Assembly: GCA_963734545.1 (NCBI GenBank)
Contig: CAVTHO010000004.1
Span: 352,001-416,000 of the forward strand
Reading direction: 5' to 3'
DNA from: an uncultured Spirochaetota bacterium
GTDB lineage: Bacteria > Spirochaetota > Spirochaetia > SZUA-6 > Fen-1364
Length of the DNA: 64,000 nt
The notes under the pieces were generated by a model, which was not told the origin of the DNA, did not search any database, and worked only from the letters and a program-made list of their open reading frames with translations. Each line of letters starts with the position of its first letter. The stretch's first letter is position 1. This document shows positions 1-10,700 of this stretch, one piece after another. The translations under genes and the position numbers were made by a program.

Positions 1-2
1 AA

Positions 3-728
3 GTGCTCCGGATCGAGCACCTCCTGGACAGGGGCACGACAAAGCTCAGCGGCGGCGAGATGCAGCGGGTCGGCATCGGCCGGGCCATCGTGCGGACTCC
101 CAAGGTGTTCCTCATGGACGAGCCGCTCTCGAACCTCGATGCGAAGCTGCGGGAGACCATGCGGGCCGAGCTGGCCCGGCTGCACCACGACCTCGGGGCC
201 ACGTTCCTCTACGTGACGCACGACCAGGTGGAAGCCATGACCATGGGAGACCGGATCGGCGTGCTCGACCAGGGGGAGCTCCTGCAGGTGGCCACACCGG
301 ACGAGATCTACAAGTCGCCGAACTGCCTTTTTGTCGCCCGGTTCGTCGGAAGCCCGGTGATGAACATCTTCAAGGCCGGTCTCCAGAACGGAGGGCTGGA
401 CATCGAGAAGGGAACGATCCGTTGTTCCCTCGGAGCCTCGGCGCGTGCCGCGCTTGGCGCATCCCCCCGGAAGGATCTCCTGCTGGGCATACGTCCCGAG
501 GACGTGCACGTTTCACGGGAGAAGGGCGCGGGGGAGTGCTTCGAGACACGCATCTACTTCATGCAGAGCCTGGGCGAGGAGGACATCCTCAATCTCCGCA
601 TCGGAGACGTGATACTCCGCGCAATCGCCAAACCGAACATGGAGCTCAAGGTCGGAGAGACAGTCTGGGCACGGCTGGACATGGAACGCGCGCACTTGTT
701 CGATGCGGAGACGGAACGGCGGCTGTAG
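3..728 (+). CDS. Sugar ABC transporter ATP-binding subunit (MalK/UgpC family), 5' truncated by window edge
   Basis: LSGGEMQR signature, Walker B FLMDEPLSNLD, H-loop YVTHDQVEAM, C-terminal TOBE-like region ending HLFDAET. Confidence 0.93.
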   Translation: MLRIEHLLDRGTTKLSGGEMQRVGIGRAIVRTPKVFLMDEPLSNLDAKLRETMRAELARLHHDLGATFLYVTHDQVEAMTMGDRIGVLDQGELLQVATPDEIYKSPNCLFVARFVGSPVMNIFKAGLQNGGLDIEKGTIRCSLGASARAALGASPRKDLLLGIRPEDVHVSREKGAGECFETRIYFMQSLGEEDILNLRIGDVILRAIAKPNMELKVGETVWARLDMERAHLFDAETERRL

Positions 729-763
729 GGGCGTCCCGCGCACACGCGCCCGGCGCGCGGGGC

Positions 764-1516
764 TCATCCGTACAGTTTTCTGTAGGTCTGCGGCGTGATG
801 CCCATCTGCCGGTGAAAGGCACGGGTGAGCGCGCTCTGATCGTAGAACCCGCAGGCAAGGGCGATGTCGGAAATCGAGGTGCTGCGCAGCCGCAGCTCCT
901 CACAGGCCTGGAAGACGCGCACCTTGGTAATGTACAGCCGCGGCGTGGTCTGCAGGCGCTCCTTGAACCATCGCTCGAAATGCCGGACAGAGAAACCGGC
1001 AATCCTTGCAAGCTCCGGCACGGCGATGGTCTCCGCGTAGTGCTCCTTCACGTATCGTAGTACCCGCGCGAGCTCGCGGTCGGACATGGCGAGCATCCGG
1101 GGCGAATCGATCTTCTGGATGATTCCCATGACGCCCAGAACATCGCCCTCGCGGGCGAAGATCGGCATCTTGTTCGTGATGTACCAGTCGGGCACCCCGA
1201 CATGGTTGATGAACAGCTCCACGATCCGCAGCATCGGCTTTCCCGAGCGTGCAACGGAGAGATCATCCGCACGGTACTTGGCAGCCATGCTGTGGGGATG
1301 GAGATCGAAATCGGTCTTGCCGAGTATCTGCTCCTCGCGGGTGAAGCCGAACCGTTTCAGGAGCTCCCGATTGCACGCCACGATATTGCCGTCGAGATCC
1401 TTTGCGAAGAAGCAGACATCCGGCAGGTATTCGAAAAGGAGATGGTAGAGGCTATCCGGTCGGATCCGCTCGATGAAGGCGAGCTTCATCGCGCCGGCCG
1501 ATTCTGAATGCCGCAT
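764..1516 (-). CDS. AraC family transcriptional regulator with N-terminal PAS domain
   Basis: PAS-like CFFAKDLDG...GKTDFD; C-terminal AraC HTH with IALACGFYDQSALTRAF..MGITP. Confidence 0.9.
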   Translation of the reverse strand: MRHSESAGAMKLAFIERIRPDSLYHLLFEYLPDVCFFAKDLDGNIVACNRELLKRFGFTREEQILGKTDFDLHPHSMAAKYRADDLSVARSGKPMLRIVELFINHVGVPDWYITNKMPIFAREGDVLGVMGIIQKIDSPRMLAMSDRELARVLRYVKEHYAETIAVPELARIAGFSVRHFERWFKERLQTTPRLYITKVRVFQACEELRLRSTSISDIALACGFYDQSALTRAFHRQMGITPQTYRKLYG

Positions 1517-1564
1517 CCGGACCTAGTCTACTCCAACCTTCTCACGGCGTCAATTTAGAAGAGA

Positions 1565-1593
1565 CCGGGGGCGCCTGACGCGGCGGCCCCCGG
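1565..1593 (-). terminator. Putative hairpin terminator downstream of acyltransferase
   Basis: CCGGGGGC...GCCCCCGG inverted repeat followed on the minus strand by TCTCTTCT. Confidence 0.4.
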
Positions 1594-1605
1594 CGCGCAG
1601 AGCAA

Positions 1606-2829
1606 TCAGGAGAAGACCCTCCGAAGCCCCGGTATGGAGCGGACGAGCGCGGCGAAGAGAAAGCTCGCCGCTACGGCGATCGCGGAGACCACTGCCGTCT
1701 TGGCCAGGGGCGCTACCATGAACTGGTGCAGGGCAATCGAGACCGCTACCAGTATGGGCGCATGGAACACGTACACGCCGAAGGCGTTGCGGGAGAGGAA
1801 GCCTGCCACGGGGGAAGGGCCGTTCACGCGCTCGCGGTACAACGTGATGAGCCCGATGCTGATTGACACGCAGAAGAAGGACTCCCACAGGGCGTAACCC
1901 GCCGCCTGCCAGTGAAGCCCGCCGCCGAACGCGTCCATCGAGCCGGTGAGAGCGCCGCCCAGGCCTCCGAGAAGGAACCACGCGGGCACCCCGACCGCAA
2001 AGGCGAGCCGCAGCCAGCTCATGCCGAAGCTGACCGGGAGCGTGCGGAGCAGGTCCGTGCGCGCCACCCACAACCCGATGAGGAACAGCACCACGTACTG
2101 CGTGAACCAGCTGAACTGCATGTTGAGCCAGCTCGTCCCGATGGGCTGTACCATGCGGACAAGGAAGGTCACGAGCCCGATCAGGGCTATCACGGCGAGC
2201 ACTTTTCCATGCGTGAGATGTGCCGGCTTCTGCAGCTTGCGCGCCTCGACAGCCGCGGGCCCCTGAATCGCGTCCCCAACCAGCCGGACCAGCGCGTAGA
2301 GAATCGAGAAGACCAGCAGGGCAAAGGCGAACCAGAGCGGCCCGGATCCCGAAAGGAACTCGAATGATCCGATATAGCGCGCGTACCCGGCGCCGAGGGC
2401 CGCGGCCGTGATCGGCTGGCCTCGGGAAGACATCGCGAGCAGCTCGGTGAGCGGGTGGAGTATCAGCATGTAGACCAGCGTGGGAACGCCGAGCCTGAAG
2501 AGCCGGTCGCGCACGAACCTGCCGAACCCCTTGCGGTCATACGCCCGGGGAATGAAATACGCGGCGATCAGGAAGAGCATCCCCATGAAGAATGCCTGCG
2601 CGAAGCTCTGGTAGACGCTGAACACGAGAGTCGACGCGACCCCGAGCGACCCCGGCTCCTTGTAGTACCAGGAACCCATCCCGCTGTAGGTGACGCACGC
2701 GTGCATGACCACGACCATGCCGATCACAAGCCAGCGGAGATTGTCGATGAACGCCATCCGGGACCCCTCGGACGCGGCTGCCGCGACCCGGGTCCCGGTG
2801 AGCGTGGGACTGGAAACCAACTGTGCCAT
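1606..2829 (-). CDS. Acyltransferase family 3 membrane protein (OpgC/MdoC-like)
   Basis: FIDNLR..HACVTY, FFMGMLFLIAAYF, DRLFRLGVP, GPLWF and YVFHAP motifs; many TM helices; AGGAGG RBS before ATG at 2829 (ORF track start at 3150 is overextended). Confidence 0.88.
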   Translation of the reverse strand: MAQLVSSPTLTGTRVAAAASEGSRMAFIDNLRWLVIGMVVVMHACVTYSGMGSWYYKEPGSLGVASTLVFSVYQSFAQAFFMGMLFLIAAYFIPRAYDRKGFGRFVRDRLFRLGVPTLVYMLILHPLTELLAMSSRGQPITAAALGAGYARYIGSFEFLSGSGPLWFAFALLVFSILYALVRLVGDAIQGPAAVEARKLQKPAHLTHGKVLAVIALIGLVTFLVRMVQPIGTSWLNMQFSWFTQYVVLFLIGLWVARTDLLRTLPVSFGMSWLRLAFAVGVPAWFLLGGLGGALTGSMDAFGGGLHWQAAGYALWESFFCVSISIGLITLYRERVNGPSPVAGFLSRNAFGVYVFHAPILVAVSIALHQFMVAPLAKTAVVSAIAVAASFLFAALVRSIPGLRRVFS

Positions 2830-3016
2830 GACTATCCTCCTGTCATTTCTGGACATGCCACAGATATAACGCAGGAGGCATGCTTCGCGCGTCGGGCGGA
2901 GGAATGGATTTTGACTGGTCACCTGGTCCCGGGCCGGCCTAGGTCTCAGGTCTGAGGCCGGAGTTGACATCCCGCTGCGGGGGAGAGATCCTTGGAACAA
3001 TACGATTGAGGGGTCT

Positions 3017-3252
3017 GTGGAAATCGAAGACGAGGCAATGGGCATGGCATTTGTGAGCGCACCGGTCGGCGAGGCGGAAGGAATCGCCCGCGAGATCGTT
3101 CTGCGAAAGCTCGCCGCCTGCGCGCAGGTGACCTCTCCCGTCAGCAGCATCTACTGGTGGATCCACCCCTATGAGCTGCCCGAGCTCACCTTTGTGCCCA
3201 TCACGGACGGGTCGACCGAGTACCTCGCCGGGTGGCGCAGGTTCTCGGATGA
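3017..3252 (+). pseudogene. cutA: CutA divalent-cation tolerance protein with in-frame internal deletion and a 3' frameshift
   Basis: LAACAQV..SIYWW joined directly to IHPYELPE..DGSTEYL; about 30 central residues missing; restoring one base gives ..LAWVAQVLG* with TGA overlapping the next ATG. Confidence 0.75.
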
Positions 3253-4737
3253 GGGCGCCTCTGCTCCTGCTCATGATTCTCCTTCCCCTCGCGGCCGCCG
3301 GCGCGCAATCCCCCACGCTCGAAGCGGGACGGGCCCGGCTCCTCTTCGACCAGAAGAAATACGCCGAGGCGGCTGTCATCCTGGAAAAGGTTGAGAGTAC
3401 CGGGAGACAGACCCCCGCGGACCTCATCCTTCTGGGCATGTGCTACACCGAGCTCCAGGCACTGGACAAGGCGGGCGCGGTCCTCGACATGGCCGCGCTG
3501 ATGGAGCCCCGCAGCGTTCCCCTGCTGAACGCCCGTGGCAACCTCGCGTTCGCCCGCAAGCGGTTTGGCGATTCCCTCGCGTACTTTCGGGAGGCCCACC
3601 GCCTGGACCCGGGAGACAGGAACGCGCTCACCGGGATGGTGGCCTCCCTGGCAAATGCCGGGGTGGAGATGTTCGGCCAGGGCAGGACAGAGGACGCGCG
3701 AAAGTCCTTTCTGGAGGCGCTGGAGCTCGACCCGCAATCCGTGCCCGCCCTTCGGAACATGGGCATTATCGAGCTGGAGAAGGGGGACCCGGAGGTCTCG
3801 GCGCAGTATTTCGAGAGGGCGCTCGCAGTCTCCCCGGAGAGCGTGGAGCTGCTCAAGCTCCTCTTCCTTGCCCGAAACCGGCAGGGAGACACCGCGGCCA
3901 TGCTCCCGGTCCTGGACCGCCTGACAGCGGCACAGCCGGCAGATCCCGAACCGCACGCGGTGAAAGGCCGGCTGCTCGAAGCGCAGGGGAAACAGGACGA
4001 AGCTGAAGTGGAGTTCCGCAAGGCGGTGGAAAGGGGAAGCCAGGATCCCCTGCCCTACCTGCGAGCCGGCGCCGCCCGGCGCGACCGCTTCATGCTCCAT
4101 GATGCCGTGGCAAAATCGGTCCAGCTCATCGCATCATTCGAGATCCAGGCCTCCCAGGCCATCGGCAAGGCCAGGAAGGGAGAGGACCTGCGGGGCGCGA
4201 AGCTTCTCACGACGAAAGTCGAAGAGGTCCGTGCGACACTCGCTTCATCCCTCAGCCTCCTGAGGGAGATCGACGGGGACGCCGTTTTCCAGGAGGACCT
4301 GTCACGGCTCCAGTCGTGGTATCCCGGGAGCGTGGACCTGTCCGCCGCGCTCGGCAGGCTCTTCAGGGAAAAGGAGCAGTGGGACAAGTCCCTTGCAGCC
4401 TGGCAGCGAATCCTCCGGGACCGTCCCCTGGACCGGGAAGCGCAGGAGGGCGTGGGCCTGGCGCTGGAGAAGCAGGGACAGAAGGACCTGGCAGTCATGG
4501 CATACCGACAGGGCACTCGAGCTCGATCCAGAATCCGCGGATCTCTACGCTGCTCTGAGACGGCTGTATGCGGGCAGGGAAGCGGAGCTCCGCCAGATCC
4601 TGCTGGACCGCAGCTACCGAGACACGCGAAACGCGCAACTCTTCCGGGAGCTGGCAGGCCTGGAAAGCGCGCTGGGCCTGGAGGCCGAGGCCGCCGTTCA
4701 CTCGGCGCGCGCCATCCAGATCGAATCAGGGAAGTAG
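3249..4737 (+). CDS. Secreted/periplasmic tetratricopeptide-repeat protein (frameshift near 4510)
   Basis: Signal peptide MRAPLLLLMILLPLAAAGAQ; repeated TPR motifs (ALELDPQS, ALAVSPES, ALELDPES); C-terminus continues in ORF 4393..4737. Confidence 0.85.
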
Positions 4738-4761
4738 TTCCGGTTTTTTTCGGCAAAATAG

Positions 4762-4791
4762 TTTACTTTTTAACTAAGGTATCTGTATTTT
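4762..4791 (+). promoter_or_regulatory. Putative sigma70 promoter of the giant-protein operon
   Basis: AT-rich island in GC-rich DNA; TTTACT-N18-TATTTT, with ATG 6 nt after the -10 box. Confidence 0.45.
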
Positions 4792-4797
4792 AGCGCC

Positions 4798-7700
4798 ATG
4801 CGAGGCGCGAGTGTGTTCGGCGACGAACGTCGAACACTCATCTCCTGGGCCCGTCGGCTCCTGCCCCTGTTGACCTTCCTGGTCGTGATTGCTGCGCCCG
4901 CGGTGGCACAGGTATCCAATCCCAGCTTCGTGCGCATAGGCCCTGGCGCGAATCAGGCGTACTGGACCGATCCCGCGCAATTCCAGGCGAACTGGGGGGC
5001 GTCGAGCTTCGGCGCCTCGGTCTCGAACTTCTATTCTTACGTGATAGATCAGAGCGCCACTGATCCTGCTTTCAACGTCGTGACTTCAGGGCAGACACCG
5101 GCCTCTCTCTCACCGCCGACGTCAGTGACGATTCCCGGGCCGGGCTTCGTGCATGGCCAGACCTACTACGTCTGGGTGCAGGCGCATGGAGTCGGGATCA
5201 GCTCGGCGCAGGTGGTTTCCCGTCCCTTCGTTGCCGACCTCGTGCCCCCGACCGTCACGACCAGCTCCTCGAGCGGCCCGATCAGCACCAAGGCGACGTT
5301 CACGGTTTCCTGGTCGGTGACTGCCACATCCGTGATTCCCATCGACCATTACGACGTGCAGTACCGGATCAACGGCGGCCCGCTCCGCCCCTGGCTCTCA
5401 CGCACCAAGCTCACCTCCGCGAGCTTCACGGGCGACAACGGGTCCTCCTATGCCTTCCAGGTTACCGCCACCGACGCGGCGGGGCTCACCGGCACCGAAC
5501 TCCACCACGGTGGCCATCAATGTCCTGGGCGCTTCGCTCGCGCTCACCGCCTCCCCCTCGAGCCTGAGCTTCGGCGGGACCGACACGCTCAGAAACCCTC
5601 AGCCTGGATATCGGCGCCCGCGGAGGCTCGGTGAACGTCACGGACATCCGGAGAGCAGGGCGTACGCGTCATGGCCGCAGGAAGACGGCGGATGGGAGGG
5701 CATGCCGTTGAGCCTGGCCAGCGGCACTGACCAGGTCATCACGCGCTCTGTCCTGCTGTCCGTGCTGCAGCGCAGCAAGGCGCTGGGCGGCGGCTCGACC
5801 GGGAGCTTCGACCTTATCCTGACTGTGCGCGGCAAGGACGGGATCGGAAACGACGTGCAGGGCTCGGTGACCGTGCCGGTTGCCGTCTCGAGCGCTCCTC
5901 CCTCCACGCTCTCACTGGTCGGGGTTTCGGTGGAGGTTCCCGCGTCGCCCTACAATCTCGGAGACACGGTGAACGAACGCACGCGTGCACCTCACCGCCT
6001 CCGGCACGGGGACCGTCACGGGACAGGTCCTGGTGGACGGCTCCACCTCGTGGTCCGGGCACTCCTGCCTTCACCGTGACCATTACGGGAAACACTGTTT
6101 TCGACGTCCTGGGAAACCTCCCCACCTCCGTTGCCGGCAGCCACACGGTGCGGGTGGAGATTTCCTCTCCCGTCAGCCTTTCCTCGCAGACCACCTACAC
6201 GGTGAGCTCCACGCCGCCCCCCTTCCCTCCCTCATCCCTGGACCTCATCAAGGGCGTGGCCCAGCTCACGGGCCTGAGCGGCAAGGCCACCGCGGTCTCG
6301 GGCGCCGGATACACCGACTACACCTTCACCGGCAAGCGCGACCCTGACGCTGCCGAGCCTGGCCAGCCTGAACCTTCCCGGCTTCACCGTCACCAGCCTC
6401 GTGGTGCGCATGTTCGACAACCTGAGCCCGCCGCAGATCAAGGGCGGGTCCGCCGAGATAGACGCCGGCGGAGGCTCGGCTCTCACGGACTTCGCCGGCG
6501 GCTATCTCAAGATCAGGAAGATCTCATTCGACTTCGGCAAGGCTGCCGACCACCTCAGCGTGGACGCCGCCGTGGTGATCCCCAACATCGCCCAGGAGCT
6601 CTTCACGGCCAAGGACATGGTCCTCGACGCCACGGGGATTTCCAACGTCACCCTCTCCCTGGACATGGGCCATGCGCTCTCCTTCACGCTCTTCGGCATG
6701 ACCTTCTCGATCCACGACGTCCTGGGCGGAGGGTCGGATGACAACAAGGCCATCGCCTTCGGCAAGGCGGATGGGCGGCAAGGGGTACTACATCGGCATT
6801 TCGGGCGGCATCAGCATGCAGCAGAAGCAGGGCGTCACCACCACGCCGAAGGACCTGGCCACCTTCCGCAACGTGGACCTGCGCTTCTACACGGACGGGA
6901 GTCTCGACGGCAACATCAAGCTCAGCTCGCCCTTTGACCTCATCCCCAAGGACCTCTCGCTGGATTCGATCGCCATTGCCCAGGTGGCCAAGACGTACAG
7001 CCTGACCCTCTCCGGCAAGCTGAAAAACCTCCCGGCGCCGCTGGACAAGACCGGGGACCTGCCCGTGTCCTTCACCATCGACACGAGCGGCAACGGCTCG
7101 GTCAGCATTGCCGGCCATCAACAAGCTGAAGCCGGGCGGCAAGGGACACAGCGCTCCTGGGCAAGTCCGATCCCACCGAGTGGGACCTCGGTCTTGCCAC
7201 GCTGAATCTCACCTATCTCTCCCTGGACCTCTCCTTCACGGGCGGGGTCCTCGACCTGGACCACAGCCAGGTCTCACTCGCCGTGGACCTGTACCTCAAG
7301 CTGCACACCAAGGAAGGGGGGAATCCCAGCGACGATGACAGGCGGATCAGCTTCGGGGACCTGGACAACGGCGGAAAGCTCCAGGGCGGCATCATCATCG
7401 ACCTGTCGGGCAAGGTCACCTGGTCGGTGCCCGGGCACATCGAGGTGCTCAAGGACAAGCGGCTGGCCTTCGGGCCTGTCGAGCTGGCTTTCGACAAGGT
7501 CTCGATCGATCCCTCGCCGTTCGCCCTGGTGATCACCGGTTCCATCGCGGTCGACCTGGACGGAATCTCGGGAGGCATCGATTTCGACAACCTGAAGGTC
7601 GGCCTCGACGGGACCATCTCGGACGTTGCAGCCGCCGTGTCCGCGGGCGGCGGGGGCAAGCTGTCCGTCATGGACGCGGTCTCCATCGAAGTGGACTCGG

Positions 7701-10700
7701 TTGCCTGGAGCAGCAGCCCCACCACCCTCACCCTCAACGAGAACACGAGCACCGGCTCGGGTGAGAACATGACGCCGAACAAGCAGTCGAACAGCGTGAA
7801 TGTCGACAGCTACTTCTCCATGAAGGGAGCCAGCATCACCCTCGGATCGGGCTCGGATTCGATCATGAGCGGCGGCTTCGACGAGCTCACCGTCTACACG
7901 CTGGCGGCAAAGGACGGAGGCGGCATCGGTTTCGTCGTCCGCAACGCCAGCCTTTCCGTGTCCGACGCGCTCGACGTGACCGTGGACATGGAGTACTCGC
8001 CGTCGCCCCTCAGCTTCCTGTTCGCCGGCTCGCTCAGCCTGCCCAGCGTGGGGGTCAACGCGTCCGCGGTCGGGAAGGTCGGGACCCTGAACGGAAAGCC
8101 GTCCTTCGGACTGTTCGTCATCGCGGAGCTGGGTCCGGGGATTCCCATCGGACCGGGCGTCTTCCTGGATGAGCTGGGCGGAGGATTCTTCGTCAACCCG
8201 AGCGATGACGACATCGCCCTCGTGCGCAAGATCGCCAAGTTCGAGCGCCCCGAGATGGGAGACGAGATCTCAGCCCGGCGTCCCGGGGGGACCAGCAACA
8301 GCCAGTCCTTTGCCCTGATGATTCTGGGCGGGTTCTCCGTGGCGGAGAAGAACCTCGTGAGCGGCCGCGCCCTCATGACCATCACCTCCAGCTACTTCAA
8401 CCTCGACGCGGAGGTGAGCCTCATCGACGGCCTTGCCGACGGGAAGGTGTACCTCGCCATATCCTGGAACCCCGCGTACGCGGAGGGCAAGATCACCGCG
8501 GAGATGGCCTTTCCCACGCATGACGATGCTCTCGTGAGCGGCACCGGAGACCTGGACTTCTACTTCTATCCCGGAGTCTGGGGCATCGACGGCAACATGC
8601 AGATAAAAGTGCTGGGAATCAACATCGCCCAGGGCGAGATGTTCGTCGGGACTCCCGGCTTCATGGTGCAGGCCACTGTCGGGGCCGGTATCGACCTGGG
8701 CATCGTGTCCGGGTCCGTCTCCATGGGAGGGATGTTCTGGTACTACGGGCCCACGGGGACCCTCGGGGCGTACGCCCAGGTGGGCCTCAAGGGAAGCTTC
8801 CTTGCGGGGCTCTTCTCCGCGGAAGCGAGCCTGGAAGGCGCGCTCATCATCACTCCCAGCTTCCTGCTCTACAGCGTCGGCTCGCTGTCCGTCGATGTGC
8901 TGGGCGTCACCGTGTTCGACGGAAGCCTCTGGTTCGCCGTGAGCGGCAGCGGCCTGGACGGCGGCGACGGGGAGGAACTCGCAGTACGATGAGTTGATCG
9001 CGCAGGCCAAGGACATGGCACACTCCCTCAAGGCAGCCAAGGACGCGCTTGCCGCGAGCCTCGAGCAGGCCAAGCTGCAGCTCGCCCAGCTCACCGACGA
9101 GCAGGCCGCGCTTGCAGGGCTCGTGCTGACCGAGCAGCAGAAGGCCGTGTTCGGCAATCTCCCGGTCGACACCGCGTTCGACCAGTACGAAACCGGGAAG
9201 TGGGGCGGCATGCCCGAGCCCTTCGTGACCATACGCGGCGTCCTGTTCGGGTCCCAGGCAAAGGCGCTCGTGCAGGCGCGGGCGCAGATCCTCAAGACCA
9301 AGTCCGATCTGGACAACCTGCTCAAGGACCTCGAAAGCCTCCGCAAGGACGTGTCCAAGCGCCTCTCGGATTACCAGGACCTCCTGGTGGAGGCCCTTCC
9401 CAGCATCAAGGACGTGGGGACGCTCGGCAATCCGTTCCAGGGCATGCAGCAGAAGACGGTGAGCGTCGGCGGGAAGACCAAGACGGTGAAGTCCGGGTTC
9501 GTGCTGGATTCCGCCAAGGCGGACACGCAGAAAGCCACGCTCTCCTCGGCGCGCGAGAGCTTTGCCCAGTACCAGGAGGCATTCATCGAGGCTGCCGGCG
9601 GCATCGACGCGCGGCTGCAGAAGCTGGACGAGATCCTGTTCCAGGGAGATGCCAACCTCACGACCCTGAACCAGCGCTTCGCGCAGATCCACTCCCAGCT
9701 CAGCAAGTTCACGGATGACTTCGTGCAGTTCCAGGGACAGAGCATTGCCTATGCCACCGGCGGCCAGCAGACGATCGAAGGCCTGGAAGGCAGCGTCCAG
9801 AACGCGCTGGACGCGAAAGCCCAGGCCGCCAAGGGGTCAGCGGCGGTTGCCCAGCTCCAGGCCTGGAACAACAGCAGGATTCAGCTCATCTCCCAGCTCG
9901 TGCAGGCAGGCGATCCTTCCGGAAAGCCCTACGCTCCCGACACGAGTGTCTCGCCGCAGGCGCTGTTCGACGTCACCGGCTATGAGCTGTGGTTCCACAT
10001 GCCGGATGCCGGGTTTGCCGCTTCCGTTGCCGCATCACAGAAGAGCATGCCGGACCTCATCAAGTCCTTCTCGAAGTCCTCCGCGACCCTGCTGAAGAAC
10101 TGGGGTGATGCCACCGACCTCACGGACCAGGTTTTCCAGCGCAAGGCCGACCTGTACGGGCTCCTCTACGAGATCTATGACCAGCTCGCGTTCTACGGGT
10201 CGGGCAACATCGGCATTGCCGGGGACGGAAACGCCGCTGGATTCAAAGGTATCGCGGCGGCAGGGCTGTCATTCCGCGCCAGCGCTCTCTCCAAGGCGGT
10301 GAGCTCGAAGTCCGTTGCGCTGCCGCAGGGTATGCTGGCGCCGACCACGCCCACGTTCGGGCCGAACAGGTCATTGCAGAAGGCCATACCGCCAGGGCCC
10401 CCGATCAAGCAGCTCCAGCCGCCCGGGCCCCCGATCAAGCCGTCCAATTCCATCAACCTTGCCCCGATGAGCATGGAGTTCGCGGAGCTTCCTGGGATCG
10501 GCGCAGGCTTCGGCCTCTCCCTCGGCATCCAGCTCAAGGAAGTGCCATCGGGCATGCCCTCCAAGGGAGTGCTGGACCGGTCCGTGATCAGCATTCCCTC
10601 CACCATCATCAAGCCGGTGGCCTGGGTGCCGGTCACCACTTACTTTGCGGCAAAGCGCTCCGAGATTGCGCCGTACCTCGTGATCCCCCAGGTGACCCTG

